The translations under genes and the position numbers were made by a program. Shown one piece after another: positions 1-9,403 of a stretch of DNA of 64,000 nucleotides. Below the pieces are notes generated by a model. The model had not been told where the DNA came from and ran no database searches. It saw nothing but the letters and a program-made list of their open reading frames with translations. Every line of letters starts with the position of its first letter. Positions within the stretch are counted from its first letter, which is position 1. The stretch is from positions 4,121-68,120 of the forward strand of contig JAYPOZ010000011.1 in assembly GCA_038131165.1 (NCBI GenBank). The letters run 5' to 3'. Origin of the DNA: Rickettsiales bacterium (GTDB lineage Bacteria; Pseudomonadota; Alphaproteobacteria; UBA8366).

Positions 1-1329
1 GGCGATGGCGGGTCCGCCTTCGAGGCCCCCGGTGACGTCGCCCGCCGCGTACAGTCCAGGGATGGCGCTGTTGTCGGCGCGCAGCGCCCGGCCGTCCGTG
101 TCGATCTTCACGCCGCCCATCGTATGGGTGAGACCGACGCAGGCGGGCGCGGCGTAGAAGGGCGGTTTCGTGATCGGGCGGGCATCTTCCTTGGCATTGC
201 TTCGGGCCGGAGAAAGCGACCCGAGCGTCCCGCCCGCCAGGGCCGCGTTATACTGCGAGACCGTCGCCGAAAGGGTTTCCGGCGGAAGACCCGCCAATCC
301 TGCCAGCGTCGCGATATCGCCCGCCTGATGCAAGGTGCCGCCGCTCTCCGGCAGGTTCGGATTGGGTGGCCAGAAGAAATGCCGCCCGGCCTCTTGCCAG
401 ATGGCGTCGTCGAAGACGGCGAAGGGCGGGTTCGCCGCTTCGTGATGGGCCACGCCGTTGGAGAGGTATACGAAATTCTGTCCCTCGTCGACGAAACGCC
501 TGCCTTCCGTGTCGACCATCATGCCGGCGGCGGAGACGAAATCGAGGAAGGGGAACGGCCAGAGCGCGTCGTTGTGCAACGCATCGGCGCTCAAGGTATG
601 GGCGTAAATATACTTCATGCCGATCAACTCGGCGCCCGCTTCCTCGGCAAGGCGCACGCCGTCGCCCGCACTGGTGCCGGGGCCCCGTTGCAGCATGCGC
701 TCCGGATGAGGCGTCACGAACCGCCGCAGCATCTCCGGATTTCCCTGGAAGCCGCCGTCGGCAAGTATTACCGCCGGCGCCGAAATCTTTACGTTGCCTG
801 CCGTCGTCTCTGCGATCAGGCCGGTGCAGCCCTCCGGCCCCGACAGCAGTTCGCGCGCCTTCAGGCCCTGGCGCAGCGTGCCCCCCTTGGACGTGTACTG
901 CTCGACCAGAATGCGCATCATCCGGTCGGAGCCCGAATCCTCCCAATGCAGACCCGGCTTGTCGTGATAGCCGAGCGGACTCAGCACGTAGTCCCGCCAG
1001 CCCTCGTCCGGTTCCATGGCGACGAATTCCACGCCATGGCCCTGCAGCCAGCGGATCGCGCGCTCGCAGTCCCGGGCCATGATGTCCGCCAATTCCCGGG
1101 TGACGAAACCGTCGGACATGCGGACCGTGCGCTCGGCCAGTTCGGTCGGGTCGGCCACGACGCTGCGGAAGGCGAGATGGAAGACGCCGCCGCTCCAGCG
1201 CGTATTGTTGGCGAAGGCCTTGTCGGTGAGGGCTTCGAGGACGATGGGCGCGAGGCCCAGTTCCAGCAGCCGTATGCCGGCGGTCAGGCCCGCCAGACCG
1301 CCCCCGACCACGACGGCGTCGCAGGTCAT
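1..1329 (-). CDS. FAD-dependent oxidoreductase (fumarate reductase/succinate dehydrogenase flavoprotein-like); 3' end runs off the left edge
   Basis: Not in the ORF track because no stop lies inside the window. My minus-strand translation from ATG at 1329 reads MTCDAVVVGGGLAGLTAGIRLLELG (GxGxxG) ... VILADGGFQGN ... It stays open to base 1, ending IPGLYAAGDVTGGLEGGPAIA. The + strand ORFs 124..1503 and 366..1082 are Arg-rich shadows. Confidence 0.8.
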   Translation of the reverse strand, partial: MTCDAVVVGGGLAGLTAGIRLLELGLAPIVLEALTDKAFANNTRWSGGVFHLAFRSVVADPTELAERTVRMSDGFVTRELADIMARDCERAIRWLQGHGVEFVAMEPDEGWRDYVLSPLGYHDKPGLHWEDSGSDRMMRILVEQYTSKGGTLRQGLKARELLSGPEGCTGLIAETTAGNVKISAPAVILADGGFQGNPEMLRRFVTPHPERMLQRGPGTSAGDGVRLAEEAGAELIGMKYIYAHTLSADALHNDALWPFPFLDFVSAAGMMVDTEGRRFVDEGQNFVYLSNGVAHHEAANPPFAVFDDAIWQEAGRHFFWPPNPNLPESGGTLHQAGDIATLAGLAGLPPETLSATVSQYNAALAGGTLGSLSPARSNAKEDARPITKPPFYAAPACVGLTHTMGGVKIDTDGRALRADNSAIPGLYAAGDVTGGLEGGPAIA

Positions 1330-1366
1330 TTCTTCATGTGCCATGGGTGTGCCGTCCGTTTTACCG

Positions 1367-2533
1367 TCAGAGGTCGATACGCAGGCGCGCCAGGGCGTCT
1401 TCGTCCAGGGTCACGCCGAGGCCCGGGCCGGTCGGGATCGGCACTTCGCCATTTTCCGGCACGATCGGATTCACCACGATGTCTTCCGCCAGCGCGCCGC
1501 TGACGCCGACCGCGAAGACCCCCGCCATGACCGGGGTCGGCCAGGAGCCGCACATGTGCGCGACGGAGGCGGTGGCGACGCTGGTCGCCGGATGATTCCC
1601 GGGATTGATGCCCATGCCGGCGGCCGCCAGCAGATGCCAAAGCCGGCGGATATGGTAGATGCCGCCGTTCTTCGCGACCTTGGTCTGGGCCGAAGTCGCG
1701 GCCTGTTTGCGGATAATGTCGAGCAAGGCGTGGTCCGTGGCGACGCATTCGTCCGCCATGAGCGGCATCCGGACGGCCTTGGCGAGCGCCGCCATCCCCT
1801 CCACGTCCCAGATCGCCAGCGGCTGTTCCGCCGTCTCTATGTCGAAAGGTTCGAGCTTGGTGAGCAGGCGGAGCGCCCCGTCGTAGTCAAGCGCCGCGTT
1901 GGCGTCGACGCGCAATTCGATCTCGCTGCCGAAGCGTTTGCGCAGGGCTTCCGCGTTCTTGAAATCCTGCGCTGCGTCGACCCCGATCTTGAGTACGAGA
2001 TGGCGGAAACCGCGCTCGAAGAACTCGTCCGCCGAATCCAGCAACGACTCTACCGTCCCTTTCATGGACAGCACCGCCGCGACCCGGACGCGGTCCCGAC
2101 ATTGCCCGCCCAGCAACTGGTAAATCGGCACCCCCAGCAGTTTCCCGACCAGGTCGTAAAGCGCGTCGCCGACCGCGGCCTGCGAGTAATGGGTGTTGTA
2201 CATGCTCTCATGCAGCTCGTGCATGATCGCCGAGACGTCGAAGGGTGAGCGGCCGAGGAGCTGCGGCTCGAAATGGTTCTTGATGATGTTGATCTGTCCC
2301 GCGAGGGTCTCGGCACTGCCTTGGCGGCGCCAGGCTTGCGTCTCCCCGATCCCGGTCAGGCCTTGATCGGTGTGGATTTTGACGATCAGCGTTTCGACGA
2401 CGGGACGTGCGGCGCCCGTCGATATCTTGAAGGGAATCTTGAACGGCACGTTGAGCGGAATGCATTCGATGCCGGTAATCTTGACCGGAACCCGGTTGGC
2501 CGCGCTGACGGCGACTTCATTCATGTCGTTCAT
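1367..2533 (-). CDS. enolase-superfamily enzyme, mandelate racemase/muconate lactonizing enzyme family
   Basis: 388-aa ORF. Capping-domain motifs ITGIECIPLNVPFKIPFKISTG and GLTGIGE. Barrel ligand region LRVDANAALD, ETAEQPL, LMADECV. GCGAGG RBS lies before ATG 2533. Confidence 0.85.
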   Translation of the reverse strand: MNDMNEVAVSAANRVPVKITGIECIPLNVPFKIPFKISTGAARPVVETLIVKIHTDQGLTGIGETQAWRRQGSAETLAGQINIIKNHFEPQLLGRSPFDVSAIMHELHESMYNTHYSQAAVGDALYDLVGKLLGVPIYQLLGGQCRDRVRVAAVLSMKGTVESLLDSADEFFERGFRHLVLKIGVDAAQDFKNAEALRKRFGSEIELRVDANAALDYDGALRLLTKLEPFDIETAEQPLAIWDVEGMAALAKAVRMPLMADECVATDHALLDIIRKQAATSAQTKVAKNGGIYHIRRLWHLLAAAGMGINPGNHPATSVATASVAHMCGSWPTPVMAGVFAVGVSGALAEDIVVNPIVPENGEVPIPTGPGLGVTLDEDALARLRIDL

Positions 2534-2621
2534 GAGACCTCGCTTTCCCCAATAAGGATAGGTGTTCCTTGCGAGGAGACTATAGTCTCTACCGGAGTGC
2601 GTAATTTTGGGAGGGAGCGAG

Positions 2622-3581
2622 ATGCAATTCGGGCTATCGATGCCGAACAGAGGGCCGCTGGCGACGCCCGAGACGATGCGGGAGATCGCGGTGGCGGCGG
2701 AGAAACTGGGATACGGCTATATCACCGTCTCCGACCATATCGTGGTGCCGCGCAAAATCGATCCGAACTATCCCTATAGCGAGAACGGGGAGTTTCGCTG
2801 GAGTTCCGACGGCGAGACCGACTGTATGGAGCAGTTCACGCTGCTCGCCTGGATTGCCGCCGTGACGACCAAGATCCGCGTTATGACGTCCGTGATCGTC
2901 GTGCCGCACCGCAATCCGCTGTTCATGGCGAAATCGCTGGCGACGACGGATGTGCTCTCGGGCGGGCGCGTGACCGTGGGCTGCGGTGCCGGCTGGATGC
3001 CGGAGGAGTTCGCGGCCCTCAACCTGCCGGATTTCAAGTCACGGGGTCAGGTGACGAACGAGTATATCGACGTGATGAAATCCGCCTGGACCGATCCGAA
3101 CCCTTCCTATGAGGGAGAGTTTTTCAAATTCGCCAATGTGGACACCGACCCGCGCCCCGTGCAGGACCCGCATCCGCCGATCTGGATCGGCGGCGAAAGC
3201 ATGCCCGCCATCCGCCGCGCCGTCTCCCATGGCGACGCCTGGTATCCGTTCGGCAGCAATCCGAAATTCCGCATGGATACGGTGGAGAGTTACACGGCGC
3301 GGCTTGCGAAGCTGCATCGGACGGCGGAGGCGGCGGGGCGGGATCCCGCCGGCATCGCGCTTTCCTACAATTGCGCCTTCCACAGCGCCCGCGAGCAGCA
3401 ACATGTGGACGGCGGGCGACAGATGGTGACCGGCACGCCCGAACAACGTGCGGGGGACATCCGCGCCTTTGCAGAAGCCGGCATCTCGACGATGATCGTG
3501 AACGTCGCCGCCGGAGAGAAATCCGCGATGCTCGACCGCATGGCCGAGTTCGCCGAGAACGTCATGCCGCTGGTCGGCTGA
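2622..3581 (+). CDS. luciferase-like (LLM class) flavin/F420-dependent oxidoreductase
   Basis: ORF 2607..3581, with the start moved to ATG 2622 behind the GGGAGGGAG RBS. Motifs MQFGLSMPN, YITVSDH, GGRVTVGCGAGW and PHPPIWIGG are typical of the LLM family. Confidence 0.8.
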   Translation: MQFGLSMPNRGPLATPETMREIAVAAEKLGYGYITVSDHIVVPRKIDPNYPYSENGEFRWSSDGETDCMEQFTLLAWIAAVTTKIRVMTSVIVVPHRNPLFMAKSLATTDVLSGGRVTVGCGAGWMPEEFAALNLPDFKSRGQVTNEYIDVMKSAWTDPNPSYEGEFFKFANVDTDPRPVQDPHPPIWIGGESMPAIRRAVSHGDAWYPFGSNPKFRMDTVESYTARLAKLHRTAEAAGRDPAGIALSYNCAFHSAREQQHVDGGRQMVTGTPEQRAGDIRAFAEAGISTMIVNVAAGEKSAMLDRMAEFAENVMPLVG

Positions 3582-3617
3582 TTCATCGAAAACAAACCGT
3601 CTTACGGGAGAAAGAAT

Positions 3618-3989
3618 ATGAGTGGAAACGGCGACAAGATCATCGCGCTCGACAAGGAGCGCATGCAGGCCATGGCGGACAAGGATATCGCCAAGTTGAA
3701 GAACATGATCTGCAAGAATCTGGTCTATACCCATTCCTCGGCGCGTCTCGACACGAAGGATAGTTTGCTCGGCGCGATGGAGTCCGGGGCCACCGTCTAT
3801 ACCTCGGTCGTGCCCTCGGACGTCGTGGCGCAGGACCTGGGCGATGTCGTGGTGCTGACCGGCTCGGCGCAAATCAGCGTCGTCGCGAACGGCGCGCCCA
3901 ATTCGTTCGGTGTGCGGTTCACGGATGTCTATCAAAATCAGGACGGCACTTGGCGGATGGTGGCTTGGCAGTCGACCAAGACGCCCTAG
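3618..3989 (+). CDS. NTF2/SnoaL-like small protein (DUF4440-type)
   Basis: 123-aa ORF with a GGGAGAAAG RBS. Its size and the C-terminal pattern FTDVYQNQDGTWRMVAWQST are typical of NTF2-fold proteins. Confidence 0.55.
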   Translation: MSGNGDKIIALDKERMQAMADKDIAKLKNMICKNLVYTHSSARLDTKDSLLGAMESGATVYTSVVPSDVVAQDLGDVVVLTGSAQISVVANGAPNSFGVRFTDVYQNQDGTWRMVAWQSTKTP

Positions 3990-4017
3990 CGGGAAATTTT
4001 TCGGGCGTCACGGATTG

Positions 4018-5196
4018 TCAGGCGGAAGACGGCCGTAACGCGCCCAGCGCGTCGGCCAGTCGCGCGAAATCGTCCTCCTCGCAGTAGACCTGAGCGGCCA
4101 GTCTGGCCCAAAGTCTTTCCCCAAAGGGGATGATCGGTACTTCGATGCGGTGCTCGAACAGCAATGCGTCGCGCACCGCGTCGGCGGTCTCCCGTGTGGG
4201 GGAGAATCCGTCCGGCAACGGCGCCAGCGCCATGGCAGCCGTTTGGCGGTGCGCCGGGGAATAATCCGAACCGAACCGGTCGGCGAGGACGGCCGCGCCC
4301 TGCAAGACGGTGGCGTGGTTGTAGTCGCGCACGCTCTCGACGCCGAGCTTTGCCATGAAGCGGGCGGCATCGGGGAAACATAGATAGGAAGTGAAGTCGC
4401 GGGTGCCGGTCCAGTCGAACTCGGCGGTAAACCCTTCGTCGAGGCGCCAGGAAATCGAGGCCGGGTGAAGGGATGCTTGAGCCTCCGCGCTGGCCCAAAG
4501 GAGGCCGCAACCGCGCGGCGCGAAGAACCATTTGTGCAGATTGGCGGCATACCAGTCGCAGCCGAGTGAGGGAATATCGAGAGGGAGCGTTCCGGGGGCG
4601 TGCGCGCCGTCGACCAGAACCTGCGTCCCGTTGGCGCGGCAAAGCGCTACGATTTCGGCCAAGGGCAAGACCAATGCCGTCTCCGAGGTGATGTGATCGA
4701 CGATGGCGAGCCGCGTGCGGGCCGACAAGCCTTCGGCGACGGCATCGACCACGTCCGACGCCGCCTTGAGCGGGAAGGGAACCTTCACCGTGACCAGCGT
4801 CGCGCCTGCCTGGCGGCAGGCATAGGCGGCGGCGTTGCGCACCGCGCCATAAGTGTGGTCGCTGACCAGAATTTCGTCTCCCATCTTGAGGTCGAGCGAG
4901 CGCAGCACCGCATTGATGCCGGCCGTGGCGTTCTCCGTGAAGACATAGTCGGGGCCGCGGCCGCCGAATAAATCCGCGGCGGTCTCCGCGGCCTGCCGGA
5001 GAGCCGGTATCAACTGATGGCGCATGTATCCGGCGGGTTGTGATTCGATCTGCCGCCGTAACGCCTCCTGGGCCTCCAGCACTTCGATGGGCGTCACGCC
5101 GACGGTGCCGTGGTTGAGGTAGACGATATCGGGTGCGAGCGGCCAAAGCGCCCGCACCCCATGTCCAAATTCCAACATGCCGGAGGACGGCTTCAC
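4018..5196 (-). CDS. class V PLP aminotransferase (isopenicillin-N epimerase-like)
   Basis: 392-aa ORF. Motifs YLNHGTVG, TENATAGIN and VDGAHAPG, with the PLP-lysine context ANLHKWFFAPRG. The start is uncertain: GTG at 5196 or ATG at 5178. Confidence 0.8.
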   Translation of the reverse strand: MKPSSGMLEFGHGVRALWPLAPDIVYLNHGTVGVTPIEVLEAQEALRRQIESQPAGYMRHQLIPALRQAAETAADLFGGRGPDYVFTENATAGINAVLRSLDLKMGDEILVSDHTYGAVRNAAAYACRQAGATLVTVKVPFPLKAASDVVDAVAEGLSARTRLAIVDHITSETALVLPLAEIVALCRANGTQVLVDGAHAPGTLPLDIPSLGCDWYAANLHKWFFAPRGCGLLWASAEAQASLHPASISWRLDEGFTAEFDWTGTRDFTSYLCFPDAARFMAKLGVESVRDYNHATVLQGAAVLADRFGSDYSPAHRQTAAMALAPLPDGFSPTRETADAVRDALLFEHRIEVPIIPFGERLWARLAAQVYCEEDDFARLADALGALRPSSA

Positions 5197-5207
5197 GCGA
5201 AGCGGGG

Positions 5208-6089
5208 TTAGTTGCCGATCTTCACATCCGCCATTTCCTCGATGACCGCGATGGCGTCATCCGTATTGGCGTCTTCGCCGCATTTGTAGAGCCCGGTCTG
5301 CAACAGGCCGCGCGCGACATTGTGCATCAGCATCGGCGCCCCGCAGTTCATGCCGAGCTGAGTCGCCAGGCTGACGTCCTTGAGCATCAGGGCCAAGGCG
5401 AAGTTGGAGCTGGGCACGCCTTTGATCAAGGCGGGGAGGCCGCGTTCCGTCGCGCCGCTTCGGCCGGAAGATTTATTGATGACGGCGTCCATCGTCTCCA
5501 GCGACAAGCCGTATTTCTTGCCCATGGCGACGGCTTCCAGCATGGCCAGCCGGTTGCAGGCGGCGATGGTGTTGTTGACCAGCTTGACGACGTGACCGTT
5601 GCCGATGTCGCCGCAGTGGACGATGTTGGGGCTGATCGATTCGAAATACGGTTTCACCTTCTCGAAGGCTTCCATCGGCCCGCCCGCCATGATGGCGATG
5701 GTGCCGGCATCGGCCCCCGCCGGACCGCCCGAGACCGGAGCGTCGATCAGCGTGATACCTTTCTCGGCCAGTTCCGCCGCCATCGCGCGCGTCTGGTCCG
5801 GATCGCCCGACGTTTGGTCGACGACGATCTTGCCGGGGGTCAGTCCTTCGGCGAGACCGCCCGGCCCGAAGATGGCGTCGCGCACGTTGGAGGAGCGCGG
5901 CAGGCACAGCAGGACGATGTCGCATTCGCGCGCCAGGGAGGCGCCGTCCTGTGCCGGAATGGCGCCGTTCTCGGCGAACGAAGCGACCGCCTCCGGATTA
6001 AGGTCGAGTACCCGAAGCTTGTGCGACAGCATCAGCCGCCGCGCCAAGGCGCCGCCCATCGCGCCCAATCCGACATATCCTAATTCCAT
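5208..6089 (-). CDS. NAD(P)-dependent beta-hydroxyacid dehydrogenase (3-hydroxyisobutyrate dehydrogenase family)
   Basis: ORF 5208..6248 trimmed to ATG 6089 behind the GGGGAGAAG RBS. Motifs MELGYVGLGAMGGALARRL (Rossmann), DAPVSGG and GHVVKLVNN. Confidence 0.85.
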   Translation of the reverse strand: MELGYVGLGAMGGALARRLMLSHKLRVLDLNPEAVASFAENGAIPAQDGASLARECDIVLLCLPRSSNVRDAIFGPGGLAEGLTPGKIVVDQTSGDPDQTRAMAAELAEKGITLIDAPVSGGPAGADAGTIAIMAGGPMEAFEKVKPYFESISPNIVHCGDIGNGHVVKLVNNTIAACNRLAMLEAVAMGKKYGLSLETMDAVINKSSGRSGATERGLPALIKGVPSSNFALALMLKDVSLATQLGMNCGAPMLMHNVARGLLQTGLYKCGEDANTDDAIAVIEEMADVKIGN

Positions 6090-6300
6090 GATCTTCTCCC
6101 CGGTAATGATTTCGAGAGCGGGCAGATTGCCGCCCGCCGATTGTTCCCAGCAGTGATCTAGTCGGGTTTCGCCCGGTTTCACCAACCGTCGCCCGTTTTG
6201 GAAACTGCCGCCCGATGGAATAGAGGGCGCCCGCGACCTAACTATCATGATACCCGGCGGAATTGCGCCCGGGCGGCTGGACAGGGAAGGCTTGAGACGG

Positions 6301-7083
6301 ATGGATCGAATTGACGTGGCGGGGATCGGACTCGACCTTGAAATTACCGGAGGGGGTGCGCCGTTGCTCTATCTCCACCCGGAGCATTACGCGCATTTGC
6401 ACGACCCATTTGTCGCGAAATTGGCGGAACGGTGGAAGGTCTACGCGCCGCGCCATCCGGGCTTCGACGGACGTCAGCCGCCGCGCGATTTCAGGCGGGT
6501 CGACGATCTGGCGTATCTCTATCTCGACCTGCTCGATCAGCTGGACCTGGACGATGTCACCGTTCTCGGGGCGTCGTTCGGCGGCTGGATCGGATTGGAG
6601 ATGGCGGTGCGGAACGACCGGCGGCTGCGCGCGCTGGGGCTGATCGCGCCGCTCGGCGCGAAATTGGGGGCGCGCGACGCGCGTGACTTCGCCGACCTCT
6701 TCGCAATGCCGGATGCCGAGGCTGCCCGCTGCCTGTTCGCGGGGGCGCCGCCCGACCTTGGCGCTTTCAGCGCCGATCAACTGACGAGCGTGGCCGTCGA
6801 CCGGCAAACCGTCTCGTATTACGCCTGGAAGCCTTACATGCACAATCCGGCGCTCGCGCGGTGGCTGCACCGCGTCAAGGTGCCGACACACCTGATCTGG
6901 GGGGAGGGCGACGGATTTGTCCCTCCCGACTACGGCAAGAGATTGGCGGAGCGGATACCGCTGGCGCGGATGGATATTCTCCCCGGCGCCGGTCACTACC
7001 CGCAGATCGAACGCCTGGATGAAACCATGGCCACGCTCGCCGCCGGCCCGTGTGCGGCCGGTGCCGCGAAAGCAGGAGGTTAG
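6301..7083 (+). CDS. alpha/beta hydrolase
   Basis: ORF 6247..7083, with a likely start at ATG 6301. Contains the nucleophile elbow LGASFGG and a C-terminal GAGHYPQ histidine motif. Divergent from the dehydrogenase at 6089. Confidence 0.7.
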   Translation: MDRIDVAGIGLDLEITGGGAPLLYLHPEHYAHLHDPFVAKLAERWKVYAPRHPGFDGRQPPRDFRRVDDLAYLYLDLLDQLDLDDVTVLGASFGGWIGLEMAVRNDRRLRALGLIAPLGAKLGARDARDFADLFAMPDAEAARCLFAGAPPDLGAFSADQLTSVAVDRQTVSYYAWKPYMHNPALARWLHRVKVPTHLIWGEGDGFVPPDYGKRLAERIPLARMDILPGAGHYPQIERLDETMATLAAGPCAAGAAKAGG

Positions 7084-7087
7084 TGCG

Positions 7088-8242
7088 ATGAAAGTTTGGC
7101 ATTTTAGCGAGATGGCCTACCACCCGGGTTGGGAAGAGCTGGGCGATTCGCTCCGCAACGTCATTCCGAGCCGGGTCTACGATCCGAAGCTCGGGGCCGA
7201 TCTCTATCACCGCTATCTCGACGAATGGGCCCTCTGTGACGAGTTGGGCATCAACATCATGGTGAACGAGCACCATGCGACGGCGACCTGCACGACTTCG
7301 GTCTGCACGATTCCCCTGGCGATCCTCGCGCGCGAGACCAAGAAGGTCCGTTTGCTGTGCCTTGGCATGCCGATCGCCAATCGAATGGACGCCGTTCGGA
7401 TCGCGGAAGAATATTCGATGCTGGATGTCATTTCCCGCGGTCGTCTGGAAATGGGTTTCGTGAAAGGCTCGCCCTTCGAGGTGACGCCGGCGAACAGCAA
7501 CCCGGCGACCCTGATGGAACGTTTCTGGGAAGCACACGACCTCATTCTCAAGGCCATGACGACCCAGGATGGGCCGTTCAATTGGGAAGGCGATCATTTT
7601 CAGTACCGCCAGGTGAATGTCTGGCCGCGGCCGTATCAGGAGCCGCATCCGCCGGTTTGGATGACCGTGGGCAGTCCCGGCTCGGCCAAAATGGTGGGCG
7701 AGAAGGGTTACGTGGTCGCCTCGTTGAATACGGGATATGCGGCCACGCCGACGATTTACGACACCTACCGGAAGGCCGCCGAGGCGGCGGGCCATTCGGT
7801 CTCGGCCGACCGCTTCGCCTATCTTGCCATCGTCGGCGTCGGCGAGACGGAGGAAGAAGGCCACCGCCGCGCCGATCAGATTCTCGACTACAGCCGCACC
7901 ACTCCGCGAGTGGCCCGCCAGTTCTGGTTCCCTCCCGGATATGCGCCGGCCGAAGTGACCGGGCAGATGCTGAACAATACCGCGCCCCGGACGATCACGC
8001 TTCGGGACGGCGGGAAGGCCGTCATGCAGACCGGCAGCGTCGACGAGTATATCGACGCCGGCATCGCTTTCGCCGGCACCCCGGATACGGTCTACGCGCA
8101 AATCAAGGAGTTCAACGACCATGTGGGCGGCTTGGGGCATCTGCTGATGATGGGCCAGGGCGGGCACCTGAGCCACGACGATACGGTCGACAATCTGACG
8201 CTGTTCAGCAAAGAGGTGCTGCCGAGGTTACAGGACCTCTGA
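7088..8242 (+). CDS. luciferase-like (LLM class) flavin-dependent oxidoreductase
   Basis: ORF 6917..8242 trimmed to ATG 7088 behind the AGGAGG RBS. Motifs MKVWHFSEMAY, MVNEHH and PHPPVWMTVGS. Starts 4 nt after the hydrolase stop. Confidence 0.8.
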   Translation: MKVWHFSEMAYHPGWEELGDSLRNVIPSRVYDPKLGADLYHRYLDEWALCDELGINIMVNEHHATATCTTSVCTIPLAILARETKKVRLLCLGMPIANRMDAVRIAEEYSMLDVISRGRLEMGFVKGSPFEVTPANSNPATLMERFWEAHDLILKAMTTQDGPFNWEGDHFQYRQVNVWPRPYQEPHPPVWMTVGSPGSAKMVGEKGYVVASLNTGYAATPTIYDTYRKAAEAAGHSVSADRFAYLAIVGVGETEEEGHRRADQILDYSRTTPRVARQFWFPPGYAPAEVTGQMLNNTAPRTITLRDGGKAVMQTGSVDEYIDAGIAFAGTPDTVYAQIKEFNDHVGGLGHLLMMGQGGHLSHDDTVDNLTLFSKEVLPRLQDL

Positions 8243-8278
8243 TCCGGGCGCTCTTACGGCGGGCGTTCCGAGCGGCCC

Positions 8279-9403
8279 TTACGCGCTGACGGGGGCCGCC
8301 TCCGTCACGGCGTCGACGACCGCGTCGATTTCGGCTGTCGTCGTGTCGTATCCGACGCTGAAGCGGATGGCGCCCATGGCGACCCGGTCGGAGAGACCCA
8401 TCGCAGCCAGTACCGGCGACATGGTGACGGAGTCTTCGTGGCAGGCCGACCCCGTGGACGCGGCAATTCCATCCAGCGCTTCGAGAAGCTTCGAGCCGTC
8501 GCGGCCGACAAAGGAAACGTTGAGCGTGTTCGGCAAGCGGTGATCCGGGTGGCCGTTCAGGACAATGCCGTCGCCGAATCTCTGCTGCAATTTTTCCCAG
8601 AAATAATCGCGAATGTGACCGAGGGCAGCGGGGTCCAGCCTTTCCCGCGCGAGGGCGCAGGCGGTGCCGAGCGCCACGGCCATGACGATGGATTCCGTGC
8701 CGGACCGCTGTACGGCCTCCTGTCCGCCACCATGGATGAGCGGTTCTATTCCCACACCGCGGCGGATAAAGAGCGCCCCCACGCCCTTCGGCGCGTAGAG
8801 CTTATGGCCGGCCAGCGTGAGAAGGTCGACGCCGAGAGCCCCGACGTCGACGGGTATCTTGCCGGCGGACTGCGCCACATCGGTGTGCATCAGAGCGCCG
8901 TGTTCGCGGGCGATTGCCGAAATCTCCGCAATCGGCTGGATCGTGCCGGTTTCGTTGTTGGCGTGCATCACGCTGACGAGGATTGTGTCGGCGGTTATCG
9001 CCGCCCGGACATCCACCGGTGTCACCATGCCGCTCCCGTCGACCGGAAGATAGGTGACGTTTGCGCCCAGGCGTTCCAGGAAACGGCAGGTCTCGATGGT
9101 CGCGGGGTGTTCTATTTGCGTCGTGATCAGATGCGCGTCGCGGCGGCCCGACGCGAAATAGGCGCCCTTCAGCGCATGGTTGGTCGCCTCGCTGCCGCCG
9201 CTGGTAAAGACGATCTCGTCCGCCGCGCTGCCGAGCAGCGCCGCGACCTGTTCCCGCGCCGCCGCCAAGGTCTCCTGAAGCCCGGCGCTCGCCCAGTGGC
9301 GGCTCGACGGATTGCCGAACCCTTGACGGAGGTAGGGTTGCATTGCGTCCGCGACTTCGGGCGCGATCGGCGTGCTGGCGTTGTAGTCGAGATAAATGCT
9401 CAC
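8279..9403 (-). CDS. NifS/IscS-type cysteine desulfurase (class V PLP enzyme)
   Basis: 374-aa ORF. Motifs IYLDYNASTP, FTSGGSEATN, HANNETG and the PLP lysine in LAGHKLYAPKG, plus the active-site loop ASTGSACH. Confidence 0.85.
   Translation of the reverse strand: MSIYLDYNASTPIAPEVADAMQPYLRQGFGNPSSRHWASAGLQETLAAAREQVAALLGSAADEIVFTSGGSEATNHALKGAYFASGRRDAHLITTQIEHPATIETCRFLERLGANVTYLPVDGSGMVTPVDVRAAITADTILVSVMHANNETGTIQPIAEISAIAREHGALMHTDVAQSAGKIPVDVGALGVDLLTLAGHKLYAPKGVGALFIRRGVGIEPLIHGGGQEAVQRSGTESIVMAVALGTACALARERLDPAALGHIRDYFWEKLQQRFGDGIVLNGHPDHRLPNTLNVSFVGRDGSKLLEALDGIAASTGSACHEDSVTMSPVLAAMGLSDRVAMGAIRFSVGYDTTTAEIDAVVDAVTEAAPVSA

Noticed and set aside
124-1503. 459-aa + strand ORF (plus 248..946, 366..1082 and 1016..2248) overlapping the left-edge gene
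   Set aside because: The translations are Arg/Gly/Pro-rich and low in complexity, with no motifs. The opposite strand encodes a clean FAD flavoprotein and an MR/MLE enzyme. These are typical high-GC shadow ORFs.
6917-7087. N-terminal extension of the LLM ORF overlapping the hydrolase gene (similar extensions at 45933..46052, 51333..51803, 40793..41044, 34254..34340 and 34117..34350)
   Set aside because: The extensions are Arg-rich and overlap upstream genes. Internal ATGs with clear RBS give proteins of canonical length.
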